Counted from the stretch's first letter, positions 18,211 to 29,517 are shown. The stretch is DNA of 64,000 bases from Acidobacteriota bacterium (GCA_022828085.1 JAJEIY010000031.1:13648-77647), one strand, 5' to 3'. Notes: generated from the letters alone by a model not told the origin. Made by a program: numbers and translations.

Positions 18211-18236
18211 CATTACGTTGAGATGAGGAAGGGACG

Positions 18237-19934
18237 ATGAATCTCACAGTTTCCGAGTTGGCTCTTGCCGTAGGCAAACAGGAAAACTATGTGCGTCAAC
18301 ACATACACCGGCGCCACCTTTCGGTTCGCCGACAGGGCCGCACTGTCCGGGTTCCTCTGGACGAGGCGGTGAAGTGGGCGGGAACACGAGGACTTTCGTT
18401 TGTGCCGCCGAAGCGGATCAGCTTGACGTTGCTCGACCAGGGGGAAAGGATCGGGCGACTCACCGTCCTTGCCTGGCATCCCGAAGGCGGTTTGGCGCGG
18501 AACCTGTTCACGTTCATGCGTCATCGAAAACGCGACGCTCTGGGACCGTGGTCCACCGAACCGGATGCAACGTGGACCCTCGAGGAACTCGATGACGATC
18601 TGAGTCTGCTGTCCTTCAACGGCTCGTACGAGGAATGCCATGAGCACGTCGACAACATCCTTTCGTCGGGTGTACTCGAGGCGCACGAGCGGGAGATTCA
18701 CTACATCCTCGAAGACAACCCGAGGAACCACTGGGCCTACCGGGACTACCGGCGTCAGTCGGTGGGTTCGATACGGAGCCCGTTCGCCACCCACAGCGCA
18801 GCGATTACCGAGTACTGGAGTTTCGAAGACGGACCTCATCGACAGTGGTTGTCGCTGTCGGATCCGCTTGCGGGGCGATTGCGCTTGGCGCTTCGACGCC
18901 TTGGCTTTCCGCTCGACCGATGTCCGGAGCGCGTCGGCAACCTTCTGGTCGCTGCCGCCGAAGACGCGATCACGTGTCGACTCACCGCGCATCACGACCA
19001 GACGCTTCGACTTCATGTCGACGCCAAGGGACTTCTTCCCCAGACATATCGCGCGACCGTATGGGCGAGTCACAGCGGGGACGAGGTGCTTCGACGGGAG
19101 GTGCCGGTCATGCCGGGGCAGACCACGATCGAACTCGTTTCCGAAGTGGACCGTACAGGCTTCGCCATCTGCCGCGACTTCGACGGGCAGTACGTGGATC
19201 TGGTGGAGAACCTGCCTGGAATGGAGGCCGCCCATGCCGGGCGGTGGGGCGAGCAGCCGCTCCAGCGGGTCCGGGATCCAGTCGTGCGCGTTCCGCAGCG
19301 CGTCCACCCGTCCCGTCCGGCCGCCGCCTTTCCGGAACGCTTTCGGCGGACCGTCCGGCTCGATCGGGGTATCCGGCAGCAGTGGCTGCACCGCGTGGCG
19401 CACCAGAGGGAGGCCGGGGCCCGCCGCGACGCCAACCTGGTGCGTTTCGGCCCCGGCCGGTTCGCCGACGCGGCACGGCACTTCCTCTACCTCGTTTCCC
19501 ACGACTCCGGCCACCCGGGGCCGACCTATCTGGCCGACCCGTGCTTCGTCGGACACACGATGGCGGATGAAGTGGCCCAGCTCTTCATGGACGTGTGTGC
19601 CGCGATTCGGCGCCGGCCGCTGCGGATCCTGTGCGCGGAGCGGCCTCCAAGCGACGCTCCGGCGTGGTGGGCCCGCTACCTGCGAAAGGTCGACGCGAAC
19701 GTCACCGTGCGGACCTTCGTGAATCGCTCCGATGAGCGAGGGTGTTTTCACGACCGATACCTGATTACTCCCGTACGCGAGATCCTGATCACGAACTCGT
19801 TCAACGGATGGAATCGTTTCGGCGTGACCTTCGTGAGTCTTCCCTACGGGCTCTACCGTGCGGAAGCGGAGCAGTTGTGGGCCCTGGACCCCGACAACCC
19901 TGCTTCGGACGTCCTCGTCCGCGAGATTTCGTGA
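18237..19934 (+). CDS. HTH (excisionase/MerR-like) N-terminus plus VPA1262-like protein with a C-terminal PLD-like (HDR) domain
   Basis: LTVSELALAVGKQENYVRQHI...V.LDE (HTH); C-terminal YLADPCF, LRIL, FHDRYLI, ITNSFNG; GAGG RBS; lower GC. Confidence 0.6.
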   Translation: MNLTVSELALAVGKQENYVRQHIHRRHLSVRRQGRTVRVPLDEAVKWAGTRGLSFVPPKRISLTLLDQGERIGRLTVLAWHPEGGLARNLFTFMRHRKRDALGPWSTEPDATWTLEELDDDLSLLSFNGSYEECHEHVDNILSSGVLEAHEREIHYILEDNPRNHWAYRDYRRQSVGSIRSPFATHSAAITEYWSFEDGPHRQWLSLSDPLAGRLRLALRRLGFPLDRCPERVGNLLVAAAEDAITCRLTAHHDQTLRLHVDAKGLLPQTYRATVWASHSGDEVLRREVPVMPGQTTIELVSEVDRTGFAICRDFDGQYVDLVENLPGMEAAHAGRWGEQPLQRVRDPVVRVPQRVHPSRPAAAFPERFRRTVRLDRGIRQQWLHRVAHQREAGARRDANLVRFGPGRFADAARHFLYLVSHDSGHPGPTYLADPCFVGHTMADEVAQLFMDVCAAIRRRPLRILCAERPPSDAPAWWARYLRKVDANVTVRTFVNRSDERGCFHDRYLITPVREILITNSFNGWNRFGVTFVSLPYGLYRAEAEQLWALDPDNPASDVLVREIS

Positions 19935-22066
19935 TGCCGGTCAAACCGGGCGGCGCTTCCTCCCTGTCAGCGGCCGCCCGCGAGACCGTCTGGCGGATCT
20001 TTGGCGCCGGAGCTCAGCCGGGGGCCAAGGGCTCGGTTTTCGACAGGATCGAACCCATGATCCGGAAGCATGTGCCGTCCGCCGACCAGGACCGCGCCAT
20101 CGTAACGATCAGCGATTGGTTCGAATCGGGCGCTCACGTCAGGTGGTTGAATCCGGACCGCGCCGAGCTGGTCGCCGATCTGGTGATCGAGGGAGTCGGT
20201 TCGCGGCGCTCCGAAGAAGCGGTATGGGCGATCGGATCGATCGGAAGCGAACTGTCCGCCGCGATGATCAGGCGGCGTTGGGACGGGGAAGAGGTCCGCA
20301 CCCTCGTGGATGCGGCCGTCAGCGTGCTGAACCGGACCGAGGCTCGCGTGCGGCACGAGGATCGTGCAGCTGGGCTGGAGGAGGAGGCGGGCAACTTCGA
20401 GGGAGTCGTATCCCGGGACGGGATCGTGACCGCCTTCGCGCGGCTCGAAGAAGAGAGCCTCGAGCTGGTGAATCAGGGATTGCATCCGACGGTGGCCAAT
20501 CTGATCGATCTCGCGGTCGAGCTCTTCCCCGAACAGGCTCCCGTGCTGGTCTCCAGGCTGGAGGCGCCGACCATGCAGGCCAGGGCGGCCCGACGCATGG
20601 TGGCCCGAACGCCGCCGGGCGATCCCGGCGCGATCGTGGGATGGATCACGGAGGACGCCGCCGATACGGCCGTCGCGCTGGCCATCGTGCACGTGCTGGG
20701 TGCGGCGAGGAAACTGGACGACAGCCAGTCCCCGCGAAAAGACCCTTCGCCCTCGGGGAAGGCGAGCCCCGGGCAGGCGCCGGAACGTCCCCCGGACGAC
20801 GCCGGAAAGCTGGTTCTTCAACTCCTGGGGCGCCTGGCGAACCTGGATTCACCGGATTGCCTGCGGTGGATCGGCGAGGTCCTGAATCAGGCTCCGCGGG
20901 CGCTGTCGTTGCCGGACGGCGGACAAAAGCCAAAGCTCCTGGCCCACCTCGAGCACGAGTGCACGAGACTGGCGGTGAGCCGCTTCCGCGAGCCGGGGTC
21001 CGCGCCCCTGCTCCCGCACTTCCAGGTGGGGCTCCTGCCCGGCCGGGGAAGGCACTGGGTGCGCCACCAGATGGCGATTGCCCGGGCGATGCGTACTTCG
21101 GCGCCGGGACGAGCGGAGGAACTCGCGCGAGCCACCCTGGACGAACATCGGCGACAGTTGGCGGAACAGCAGGATGGCCGTTACCTGGCCCCCGACTGGG
21201 ACTCCTGGAGCGATCGGGAATGGCTCGAAGGCCTGGGAACGGCGCTGGCCCTGGGCCGCAAGGATCTGGATCTCCGCGCCTGGGTCGCCAACGAGTGCCG
21301 GGACCTGCCGCTGAGCGTCTGGGACGCCGAGGAGGATCCCGATGGATTCGCGATGGCGGAACAGATTGCGCAGCACTGGTTCCTCGTCGCGCTCCTCGCG
21401 ATTCCGCAGCGGGAAGAGTTCGGCCGACCCTTCGAGCCGCCCGTGGTGCGCGCCCTCGCCGAGGCTGTCTGGGCTCACTGCAGATTCTGCCGGCCGCATC
21501 TCCAGACGCATCCGGAAGCGTCGGTCGCCGCCGAGCTGGCGGCCCGTTACGCGATGCGGAGCGGGCGGGACAACGACCAGTGGCTGCTCGACCAGGCCCG
21601 CGGCGAAGGCCTGGGTCCCGGAGCTCTCCGCGTCCTGCTGGAAGAGCGGCGATCCCGGGGCCGTCGGCCGGCCGGGGGCATTTCCGACGTTGACGACGTG
21701 ATCGTGGCGGAACTCGTGCGGATCGCACTGGACCGGTTCGATGATGGTGGCCAGTTCGACCTGGACGGCCTTCGCGACTGGGGAAGGCTCTGGCTCCTGA
21801 TCGGCGCGGTGGACCCGGCGGAGAGGACGGCGATGGCCATTGTCAGTTTCCCTTTGCGCGGCGCGGACAGGCACTCGCGGATCCTGGCGCTCAAGCTCCT
21901 CGGACTGGTTGTTCGCCACCGCAAACCACGTCCCGGCGTGGCCGAGTACGTGGTACCGCTCTACAACCAGCTCTGGCCAGTGTTCGCCGTCACCCCGAAC
22001 CAGGAAAGGGAAGACCGCGAGGAAATCGAGAAGGCCTTCCTGGGCTCGGACCTCATCGCCGGGTAG
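19934..22066 (+). CDS. Large hypothetical protein (710 aa, predicted mostly alpha-helical)
   Basis: ATG overlaps the upstream TGA (TGATG); long ORF; no recognisable catalytic motif. Confidence 0.7.
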   Translation: MPVKPGGASSLSAAARETVWRIFGAGAQPGAKGSVFDRIEPMIRKHVPSADQDRAIVTISDWFESGAHVRWLNPDRAELVADLVIEGVGSRRSEEAVWAIGSIGSELSAAMIRRRWDGEEVRTLVDAAVSVLNRTEARVRHEDRAAGLEEEAGNFEGVVSRDGIVTAFARLEEESLELVNQGLHPTVANLIDLAVELFPEQAPVLVSRLEAPTMQARAARRMVARTPPGDPGAIVGWITEDAADTAVALAIVHVLGAARKLDDSQSPRKDPSPSGKASPGQAPERPPDDAGKLVLQLLGRLANLDSPDCLRWIGEVLNQAPRALSLPDGGQKPKLLAHLEHECTRLAVSRFREPGSAPLLPHFQVGLLPGRGRHWVRHQMAIARAMRTSAPGRAEELARATLDEHRRQLAEQQDGRYLAPDWDSWSDREWLEGLGTALALGRKDLDLRAWVANECRDLPLSVWDAEEDPDGFAMAEQIAQHWFLVALLAIPQREEFGRPFEPPVVRALAEAVWAHCRFCRPHLQTHPEASVAAELAARYAMRSGRDNDQWLLDQARGEGLGPGALRVLLEERRSRGRRPAGGISDVDDVIVAELVRIALDRFDDGGQFDLDGLRDWGRLWLLIGAVDPAERTAMAIVSFPLRGADRHSRILALKLLGLVVRHRKPRPGVAEYVVPLYNQLWPVFAVTPNQEREDREEIEKAFLGSDLIAG

Positions 22067-22205
22067 AGTTGGACCTCGGGTCCTCCCGTGACCCTGGCAG
22101 GGAGATACTCCCGCCCTCGACCCGTGCCCCGGCGCGCCGTGGGATGCGAACATCCTGCGCGGCGCCGTCCGCCGCCTCCCAACGGTGGTTCGCGCGACCC
22201 GCACC

Positions 22206-22820
22206 ATGACGAAACCCACGGACGAACACACCGCCCACCAGGAACGGATGCGGGCGCTCCAGGCGGAGGTCCGGGAGAAGCGCGCCGCGGCCAGCGACCC
22301 GGGACGCGGCCTGGTGCTGGTCCACACCGGGGACGGGAAGGGCAAGTCCAGTTCCGCCTTCGGGGTCATCGCGCGAGGGCTCGGCTGGGGATGGAAGGTC
22401 GCCGTGGTGCAGTTCATCAAGGGTGAGTGGAAAACCGGCGAGCGCCAGTTCTTCGAGCGCTTTCCGGACCGGGTCGTCTGGCGCACCATGGGCGAAGGGT
22501 TCACCTGGGACACCCAGGACCGCGCCCGGGACATCGAAGTGGCGGCTGGCGCGCTCGCCGTCGCCCGGGGGATGCTGGCGTCCGGAGACTTCGACCTGGT
22601 CGTCCTCGATGAAATCAACGTCGTGATGAGCTACGACTATCTGGAAGCCGGGGCGGTGCTGGAAGCGCTTCAGGCGCGCGCAGCCTCGACGAGCGTGATC
22701 CTGACGGGCCGCGGCGCCCGCGGCGAAGTGATCGATTACGCCGATCTCGTCACCGAGATGCGCGAGGTGAAACACCCGTTCACCGCCGGAGTCAAGGCCC
22801 AGCGCGGCCTCGACTATTGA
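22206..22820 (+). CDS. cobO: Cob(I)yrinic acid a,c-diamide adenosyltransferase (CobO/BtuR)
   Basis: HTGDGKGKSS, VVQFIKG, GEGFTW, LVVLDE, ILTGR, ADLVTEMREVKHPF..G.KAQRGLDY. Confidence 0.95.
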   Translation: MTKPTDEHTAHQERMRALQAEVREKRAAASDPGRGLVLVHTGDGKGKSSSAFGVIARGLGWGWKVAVVQFIKGEWKTGERQFFERFPDRVVWRTMGEGFTWDTQDRARDIEVAAGALAVARGMLASGDFDLVVLDEINVVMSYDYLEAGAVLEALQARAASTSVILTGRGARGEVIDYADLVTEMREVKHPFTAGVKAQRGLDY

Positions 22821-22928
22821 GATCCGGCGGGCGGGAACGCCGCGCAGGGCCGGCTGAAGCCGGCCTTCCAGGCGGTCCCCGCCACCCTGGGCCTCAGCGT
22901 CTAGCCTTCGGGCGACAACGGGAAAGAA

Positions 22929-24493
<1,565 letters not shown>

Positions 24494-24494
<1 letters not shown>

Positions 24495-24517
24495 TGCCGG
24501 CCGGAGGCCGGCGCTCG
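24494..24517. repeat. Single REP-like hairpin
   Basis: Reverse complement GAGC-GCCGGCCT-CC-GGCCGGC-AT, between convergent genes. Confidence 0.55.
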
Positions 24518-24532
24518 GCGCCGGCGCGCCCC

Positions 24533-25786
24533 TTACGCGACGATCAGCGGACGCAGCGCCTTCAGGCCCGCCAGCGCCCGCTCCACGTGCTCCGCGGTGT
24601 TGTACAGGTGCGGTGACAGCCGGAAACCGCCGGAAGTCGAGCCGGCGATGCCGTGCTCGTCGTACATCCGGGAGAACACCTCGCGGCGGGACTCGGCCGG
24701 CACCTCCACGATGACGACGCCCGCCGAGAGGGCGTCGTCGATCGGGGTCACCAGCGGGATGCCCGCTTCCGTGAGGCCCTTCTTGAGGCGGCCCGCCAGG
24801 TCGTACATCCGTTTCTCGACCCGCTCCGCGCCGATCTCGGCGTGGAACTCGGCGGTGGTGCCCATCGCCGCGAGACAGGCGTCGTCGCGCTGTCCCATGG
24901 ATTCGAACTTCCGGGCCCCGCTCGGGTCCGGGTCGGCGTCGCCGCCCCAGCCGGGGGCCACCTCGGAGGGCCAGAGCTTCGGAATGGTCTCGGTGCGGAC
25001 CACCAGCACGCCGCACTCCTTGGGTCCGCAGAACCACTTGTGGGAACTGCTCGTGAAGGTGTCGGCGCCGATCGCGGGCACGTCCACCGACAGCCCGCCG
25101 AAGCTCTGGGCTCCGTCCACGTGGACGTGGATGCCGCGTTCGTGCGCGGCGTCCGCGATCCGGCGCACCGGCAGGTGAATGCCGGAGACGTTCGAGACGT
25201 GGGTGATCGCAATCACCTTCGTGTTCGCGCCCAGCGCCTCGATGAAGGGAGCGGCGAGATCGTCCGCCGCCGCCGGCGCTTTCGGCGCCGACACCCGCCG
25301 GACCGTGAAGCCGTAGCGGGCCGCGCGGACGTCCCACGCGACGTTGTTCGTGGGATGGTTCTGGTCCCAGAGGACGACCTCGTCGCCCTCTCCGAGAACC
25401 AGGCCGGCGTTCACGATGTTGTTCGCCTCGCTGGTGTTTCGCACGAGGGCCAGTTCGTCGGCCGTGACTCCGAGCTGCGCCGCCACCTCCTCCCGCGCCG
25501 ACTCCCGCAGGTCCCCGAACTTCCCCCGGTTCTGGAACGAGCAGTCGTGGTCGATGTCGCGGGTCAGCTCGCTCACCCGGTCCGCCACCGACCGGGGCGA
25601 GGGACAGAGGTTGGCCGCGTTCATGGGCACCTTGTCCTCTTCGAAGGGGAACTCCCACCGCACCATCCGGAACAGCGCCTCGTCGTCGGCGGCGACGGCC
25701 CGGAGGGCCGGGAAAGCCGCCGGAACGGCGGCCGTGGTGCGCAGGAACGAGCGCCGGGTAACGGCATTCGAGAGGGACTTCGTCAT
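24533..25786 (-). CDS. Class V PLP-dependent aminotransferase (cysteine desulfurase/isopenicillin N epimerase-like) with Tat signal
   Basis: TRRSFLR Tat motif; RNTSE, HVDGAQS, SSHKWFCGP (PLP lysine), RLSPHLYN. Confidence 0.88.
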   Translation of the reverse strand: MTKSLSNAVTRRSFLRTTAAVPAAFPALRAVAADDEALFRMVRWEFPFEEDKVPMNAANLCPSPRSVADRVSELTRDIDHDCSFQNRGKFGDLRESAREEVAAQLGVTADELALVRNTSEANNIVNAGLVLGEGDEVVLWDQNHPTNNVAWDVRAARYGFTVRRVSAPKAPAAADDLAAPFIEALGANTKVIAITHVSNVSGIHLPVRRIADAAHERGIHVHVDGAQSFGGLSVDVPAIGADTFTSSSHKWFCGPKECGVLVVRTETIPKLWPSEVAPGWGGDADPDPSGARKFESMGQRDDACLAAMGTTAEFHAEIGAERVEKRMYDLAGRLKKGLTEAGIPLVTPIDDALSAGVVIVEVPAESRREVFSRMYDEHGIAGSTSGGFRLSPHLYNTAEHVERALAGLKALRPLIVA

Positions 25787-25812
25787 GGCGGGCGCCTCCG
25801 AGGTCAGCGAGT

Positions 25813-27000
25813 CTAGCGGGTTCCCGGCGGCGAGGCCGAGACGAGGTCCCCGGGCCGCCGGGCGCTGCCGTGGGTGATGACCGAGCGGAACAGAACCGGA
25901 CAGATCAGCGAAGTGACCGCGGCGATCATCACCGCGATCGCCCGGTCGGTCTCGTCGAGAAGCCCGAGTTCGAGCCCCACGGTGGCGACGGCGATCACGA
26001 GGCTCAGCCGGGCGGAGAGCAGGAATCCGGTCGCGGCGGCCGCCCTGAGCGAGAAGCCCCAGAACACGAACAGCAGGGCCGGCAGGAACTTGACGAGGAA
26101 CGCCACGCCGATGATGACTCCGGCGCGCGCGAGCGCTTCGGGGTTCAGGAGGGCCCCCACCTCGAAACGAAGGCCGACGTTGATGAAGAAGATGGGGATC
26201 AGGAAGCCCCAGGAGATCCCCGAGAGCTGGTGGCGAAGCCCCTCGGGCGGATGGAAGAGCAGCGCGAAGACGCCTCCGGCGAGGAACGCGGCCAGGATCG
26301 GCTCCACGTCGAGCACGGTCGAAAGCCCCACGAAGATGAGCAGCAGTGCGAGGGCGCCGCGAATCCCCATCTCGTCGGGGTCGTCCTTGCGGAACAGCCG
26401 GGACACGCGGAGCGGGTGCCACCAGAGCACCAGCTTCATCACCCGCAGCACCACCACGACCGCGACCAGCAGCAGCGGCCCGTTGATGAGCTCGATCCCC
26501 CAGCCGTCCCTCGCCCAGATGGTGATCTCGGCGACCAGCAGCAGGGTCACCAGGTCGGCGATCACCGCCGAGACCAGGATCGCCTGTCCGAGGCTCTCGG
26601 TGGTGATCCCGGCGCTCCTCAGACTCGGCAGCACGAGGGCGGCCGAGGTGGTGGCGAGCAGCGGGGCGTAGAAGACCGGCAGCTCCAGCCACACCGTGGC
26701 CAGGAAGGAGAGCGCGAAGGTGCCGGCGAAGACGACGAGCGCCTGCCCGATGGGCCCCGCGCCGCCCCGCCGCAGGGCCCGGAAGTCGATCTCGAAACCG
26801 GCGAGGAACATCAGCATGAGGAGCCCGAGGGTCCCGATCTGATCCAGCAGCTCGGTGCCCTGCACCAGTCCGAAGACCGGGCCGATCAGGACCCCGAAGA
26901 GAATCTCGACGACCACCGCGGGCGCGCGCAGCCAGGAGGCGACCGGGGGCAGCAGGAAGGCGGCGATCCCGACGATCACCAGCGCGCCGGAGCCGTCCAT
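25813..27000 (-). CDS. Cation:proton antiporter (CPA2 family)
   Basis: LMFLAGFEID, ILAAFLAG, PIFFINVGL; about 12 TM helices. Confidence 0.88.
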   Translation of the reverse strand: MDGSGALVIVGIAAFLLPPVASWLRAPAVVVEILFGVLIGPVFGLVQGTELLDQIGTLGLLMLMFLAGFEIDFRALRRGGAGPIGQALVVFAGTFALSFLATVWLELPVFYAPLLATTSAALVLPSLRSAGITTESLGQAILVSAVIADLVTLLLVAEITIWARDGWGIELINGPLLLVAVVVVLRVMKLVLWWHPLRVSRLFRKDDPDEMGIRGALALLLIFVGLSTVLDVEPILAAFLAGGVFALLFHPPEGLRHQLSGISWGFLIPIFFINVGLRFEVGALLNPEALARAGVIIGVAFLVKFLPALLFVFWGFSLRAAAATGFLLSARLSLVIAVATVGLELGLLDETDRAIAVMIAAVTSLICPVLFRSVITHGSARRPGDLVSASPPGTR

Positions 27001-28298
27001 CAGCGGGTCCCCAACACCGCGGCCGCGGCCAGCGCCAGCGCTCCGGTGGAGTGCACCAGCTCGTCGACCGGGCAGTGCTCGCCGGGCCGGTGCGCCAGTT
27101 CGAGAATCCCCGGCCCGTAGGCGACGCAGTCCGGGACTCCGGCGACCCGGGCGACGTGTTTGTGGTCGTAGGTGCCGGGGCTCGCCACCTCCTCGACCTC
27201 GGCGCCGAGGGCGCCCCGCACCCCGTATCGCACCGCCTCGGTGGCGAGGGACCCGGCCGGCGTCCGCACCGGCTCGACCGTGAGCAGTTCTTCGACCCGG
27301 TAGCGCCGGCCGGGTTCGCGGTCCGCGCACGCCCGGACCCGGTGAGCCACCTCTTCCCGGACGGCCTCGAGTCCCTCTTCGGGCAGGAACCGGCGGTCCA
27401 CCACCAGTTCGGCCCGGTCGGGAACCTGGGGACTCTCGGTTCCGGCGCCCGCCTGTCCGCCCCGGATGCTGTTCACGTTGACCGTCGCCACGCGGGCCCC
27501 CTCGGGGACCACGGGAAGGGCGGTGCGGCGGGCGGCCAGTTCCGGGACCCATTCGTTCCGGATTTCTTCGAGAAGGGGCGCCAGGTCGGCGATGGCGTTC
27601 CGGCCCAGGAACGGCATGCTGCCGTGGGCCACCTCACCTTCGGCGACGACCCGGAACCAGTACACCCCGCGGTGTCCCACGCACACCCGGCGTGAGCCGA
27701 AGGGTTCGGGAATGATCACGGCGTCGGTGTCGCGGGCGATCTGTCCCGACTCGGCCAGCCAGGCGACGCCGGCGTGTCCCCCGGTCTCCTCGTCCGCGGT
27801 CCCCGAAATCTCCAGAGTGCCGCCGAGCCGGGCGCCCGCCCGCTGGAGGACGATCGCGGCGAAGAACGCCGCCGCGACGCCCCCTTTCATGTCGCTCGCC
27901 CCGCGGCCCCAGACGGCGCCGTCGCGCACTGCGCCCGAGAACGGGTCCGTGGTCCAGCCGGAGCCCGCGGGGACCACGTCGAGGTGTCCGTTCAGGTGGA
28001 GCCGCCGGCCGCCCCCTCCAAGCGGACTCTCCAGCCGGCCGATGACGTTTCGCCGGGGATACGCGGCGGAGCCGGGTGGGCAGGCGTCCGCCGGAGGGTC
28101 GTCGAACGTCACCTCGAAACCGGCGGCCGCGAGCCGGTCCCCGAGGAGAGCGGCGCACTCGCGGTAGTTCTCGCCCGGGGGATTCACGGTCGGGATCCGG
28201 ATCAGCTCCCCGCAGAACGCGGCGATCTCCGCTCGGGCCGCTTCCGCCTGGCGAAGGATCCGCGCCTCGAGGCGGGCGGCGACCGGATGGAGCGGCAT
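27000..28298 (-). CDS. ArgE/DapE-family (M20) deacylase
   Basis: NGHLDVVP, GRGASDMKGG, ADEETGG, GHRG, AYGPG...AH; start 28298 preceded by TATCCT-N8. Confidence 0.9.
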   Translation of the reverse strand: MPLHPVAARLEARILRQAEAARAEIAAFCGELIRIPTVNPPGENYRECAALLGDRLAAAGFEVTFDDPPADACPPGSAAYPRRNVIGRLESPLGGGGRRLHLNGHLDVVPAGSGWTTDPFSGAVRDGAVWGRGASDMKGGVAAAFFAAIVLQRAGARLGGTLEISGTADEETGGHAGVAWLAESGQIARDTDAVIIPEPFGSRRVCVGHRGVYWFRVVAEGEVAHGSMPFLGRNAIADLAPLLEEIRNEWVPELAARRTALPVVPEGARVATVNVNSIRGGQAGAGTESPQVPDRAELVVDRRFLPEEGLEAVREEVAHRVRACADREPGRRYRVEELLTVEPVRTPAGSLATEAVRYGVRGALGAEVEEVASPGTYDHKHVARVAGVPDCVAYGPGILELAHRPGEHCPVDELVHSTGALALAAAAVLGTR

Positions 28299-28345
28299 CG
28301 AAACCGAGGATACCGCCCTGGACGACCGCTGCCCGGTGTCCGTAC

Positions 28346-28381
28346 TTGACTGGCCGGCCATAGTTCGATAATATTGGAAAT
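28346..28381 (+). promoter_or_regulatory. Leaderless sigma-70 promoter with ArsR-type operator, copy 1
   Basis: TTGACT-N17-TAATAT-N7-ATG; imperfect palindrome TTCGATAATATTGGAA. Confidence 0.8.
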
Positions 28382-28735
28382 ATGGAAACAACGGCCACCC
28401 ATCCCGCCGCCGAGGCGCTGGAATCGCGGTGCGCAATCTCCCCGGAGCACCGCCTCGACGTCTTCCACCGGTTGGCGCAGGGCGGTGCGGACGGACTCGC
28501 GGCGGGGAACGCCGCCAGACACTGCAAGTGGCCGGCGCCGACCTGCTCGTTCCACCTGAAGGAGCTCGAGAAGGGTGGGCTGCTGAACTGCTGCCGCCAT
28601 GGCAGGTCGCAGGTCTACACGGTGAACTTCCGGGCGATCCGGGCCCTGCTCGGACATCTGACGGAACACTGCTGCTCCGAGGAAGAGTGCGGCGACGAGG
28701 CTCCGCCGGCCGCCGGCAAGGGGCCACTTCGATGA
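28382..28735 (+). CDS. arsR: ArsR/SmtB-family regulator (C-terminal CC..C type), diverged copy
   Basis: RLDVF, GLAAG, SFHLKELEKGGL, GRSQVY, TEHCCSEEEC. Confidence 0.85.
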   Translation: METTATHPAAEALESRCAISPEHRLDVFHRLAQGGADGLAAGNAARHCKWPAPTCSFHLKELEKGGLLNCCRHGRSQVYTVNFRAIRALLGHLTEHCCSEEECGDEAPPAAGKGPLR

Positions 28736-28853
28736 TTCCGGGGGCCGCGGGCGGTTGGTCCGCTCCCGGCAACGGCCGGGTTCGCCCGCGCCGGCGCGGG
28801 GGAGCGTCGCGTGCGTTCGGGGCTCGCCCCGTCCGTTCCCTGGCGACCAGGGG

Positions 28854-28889
28854 TTGACATTCGGTATTTATTTCAATACTATTGGAAAT
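28854..28889 (+). promoter_or_regulatory. Leaderless sigma-70 promoter with ArsR-type operator, copy 2
   Basis: TTGACA-N17-TACTAT-N7-ATG; ATTTCAATACTATTGGAAAT imperfect palindrome. Confidence 0.85.
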
Positions 28890-29249
28890 ATGGAAACGAC
28901 AACGGCGTATTCGACGGCCGAAGCCCTCGAGATGCTGTGCGCCCTCTCCCAGGAGAGCCGCCTCGACATCTTCCGGTTGCTCGTCCAGAGCGGCCCGGAC
29001 GGACTCGCGGCCGGCGCCATCGCCCGGCACTGTCATCTGCCGGCGCCGACCTGCTCGTTCCATCTGAAGGAGCTCAAGAAGGGCGGGCTCCTCCGGTGCT
29101 GCCGCCACGGCAGGTCCCAGATCTACACCGTGAACCTGCAAGGCATCCGGGATCTGCTCGACTATCTGACGGAGCACTGCTGCACCGACCACTGCGACCA
29201 CGAGGCGACGAATGGCGCCGACGGTCGGGAACCGGAGGCGGTGGACTGA
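28890..29249 (+). CDS. arsR: ArsR/SmtB-family regulator (C-terminal CC..C type)
   Basis: ALSQESRLDIFRLLVQSGPDGLAAGAIA, SFHLKEL, TEHCCTDHC. Confidence 0.9.
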   Translation: METTTAYSTAEALEMLCALSQESRLDIFRLLVQSGPDGLAAGAIARHCHLPAPTCSFHLKELKKGGLLRCCRHGRSQIYTVNLQGIRDLLDYLTEHCCTDHCDHEATNGADGREPEAVD

Positions 29250-29481
29250 ACATTTTGCGACGGGCTCCGCTTGGGGTGGACAAATAACGAAGGTCCGGGA
29301 GCGGGTTGGCCGCTCCCGGTGGCGCGGCGGGTGAGGGAAGGAGTGCCCACGGCCGGAAGGGGACCGGAGTCGGGACCGGTGCGCGCCGGTTTCCCCGGTG
29401 CGGACCCGCGGGGGACGGTTCGCCGTTCCCCCTGAAGGGCGTCTGGCGCGCCCCCGGTTGGTGTGTCGGCACCGTGTTCGC

Positions 29482-29517
29482 TTGCGTGCGGTGCAATAGT
29501 TCGATAATATTGGAAAT
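29482..29517 (+). promoter_or_regulatory. Leaderless promoter with ArsR-type operator, copy 3
   Basis: TTGCGT-N17-TAATAT-N7-ATG; ATAGTTCGATAATATTGGAAATATG identical to copy 1. Confidence 0.75.

Noticed and set aside
22067-22205. Cobalamin riboswitch upstream of cobO
   Set aside because: No recognisable B12-box or conserved core, and the region is short
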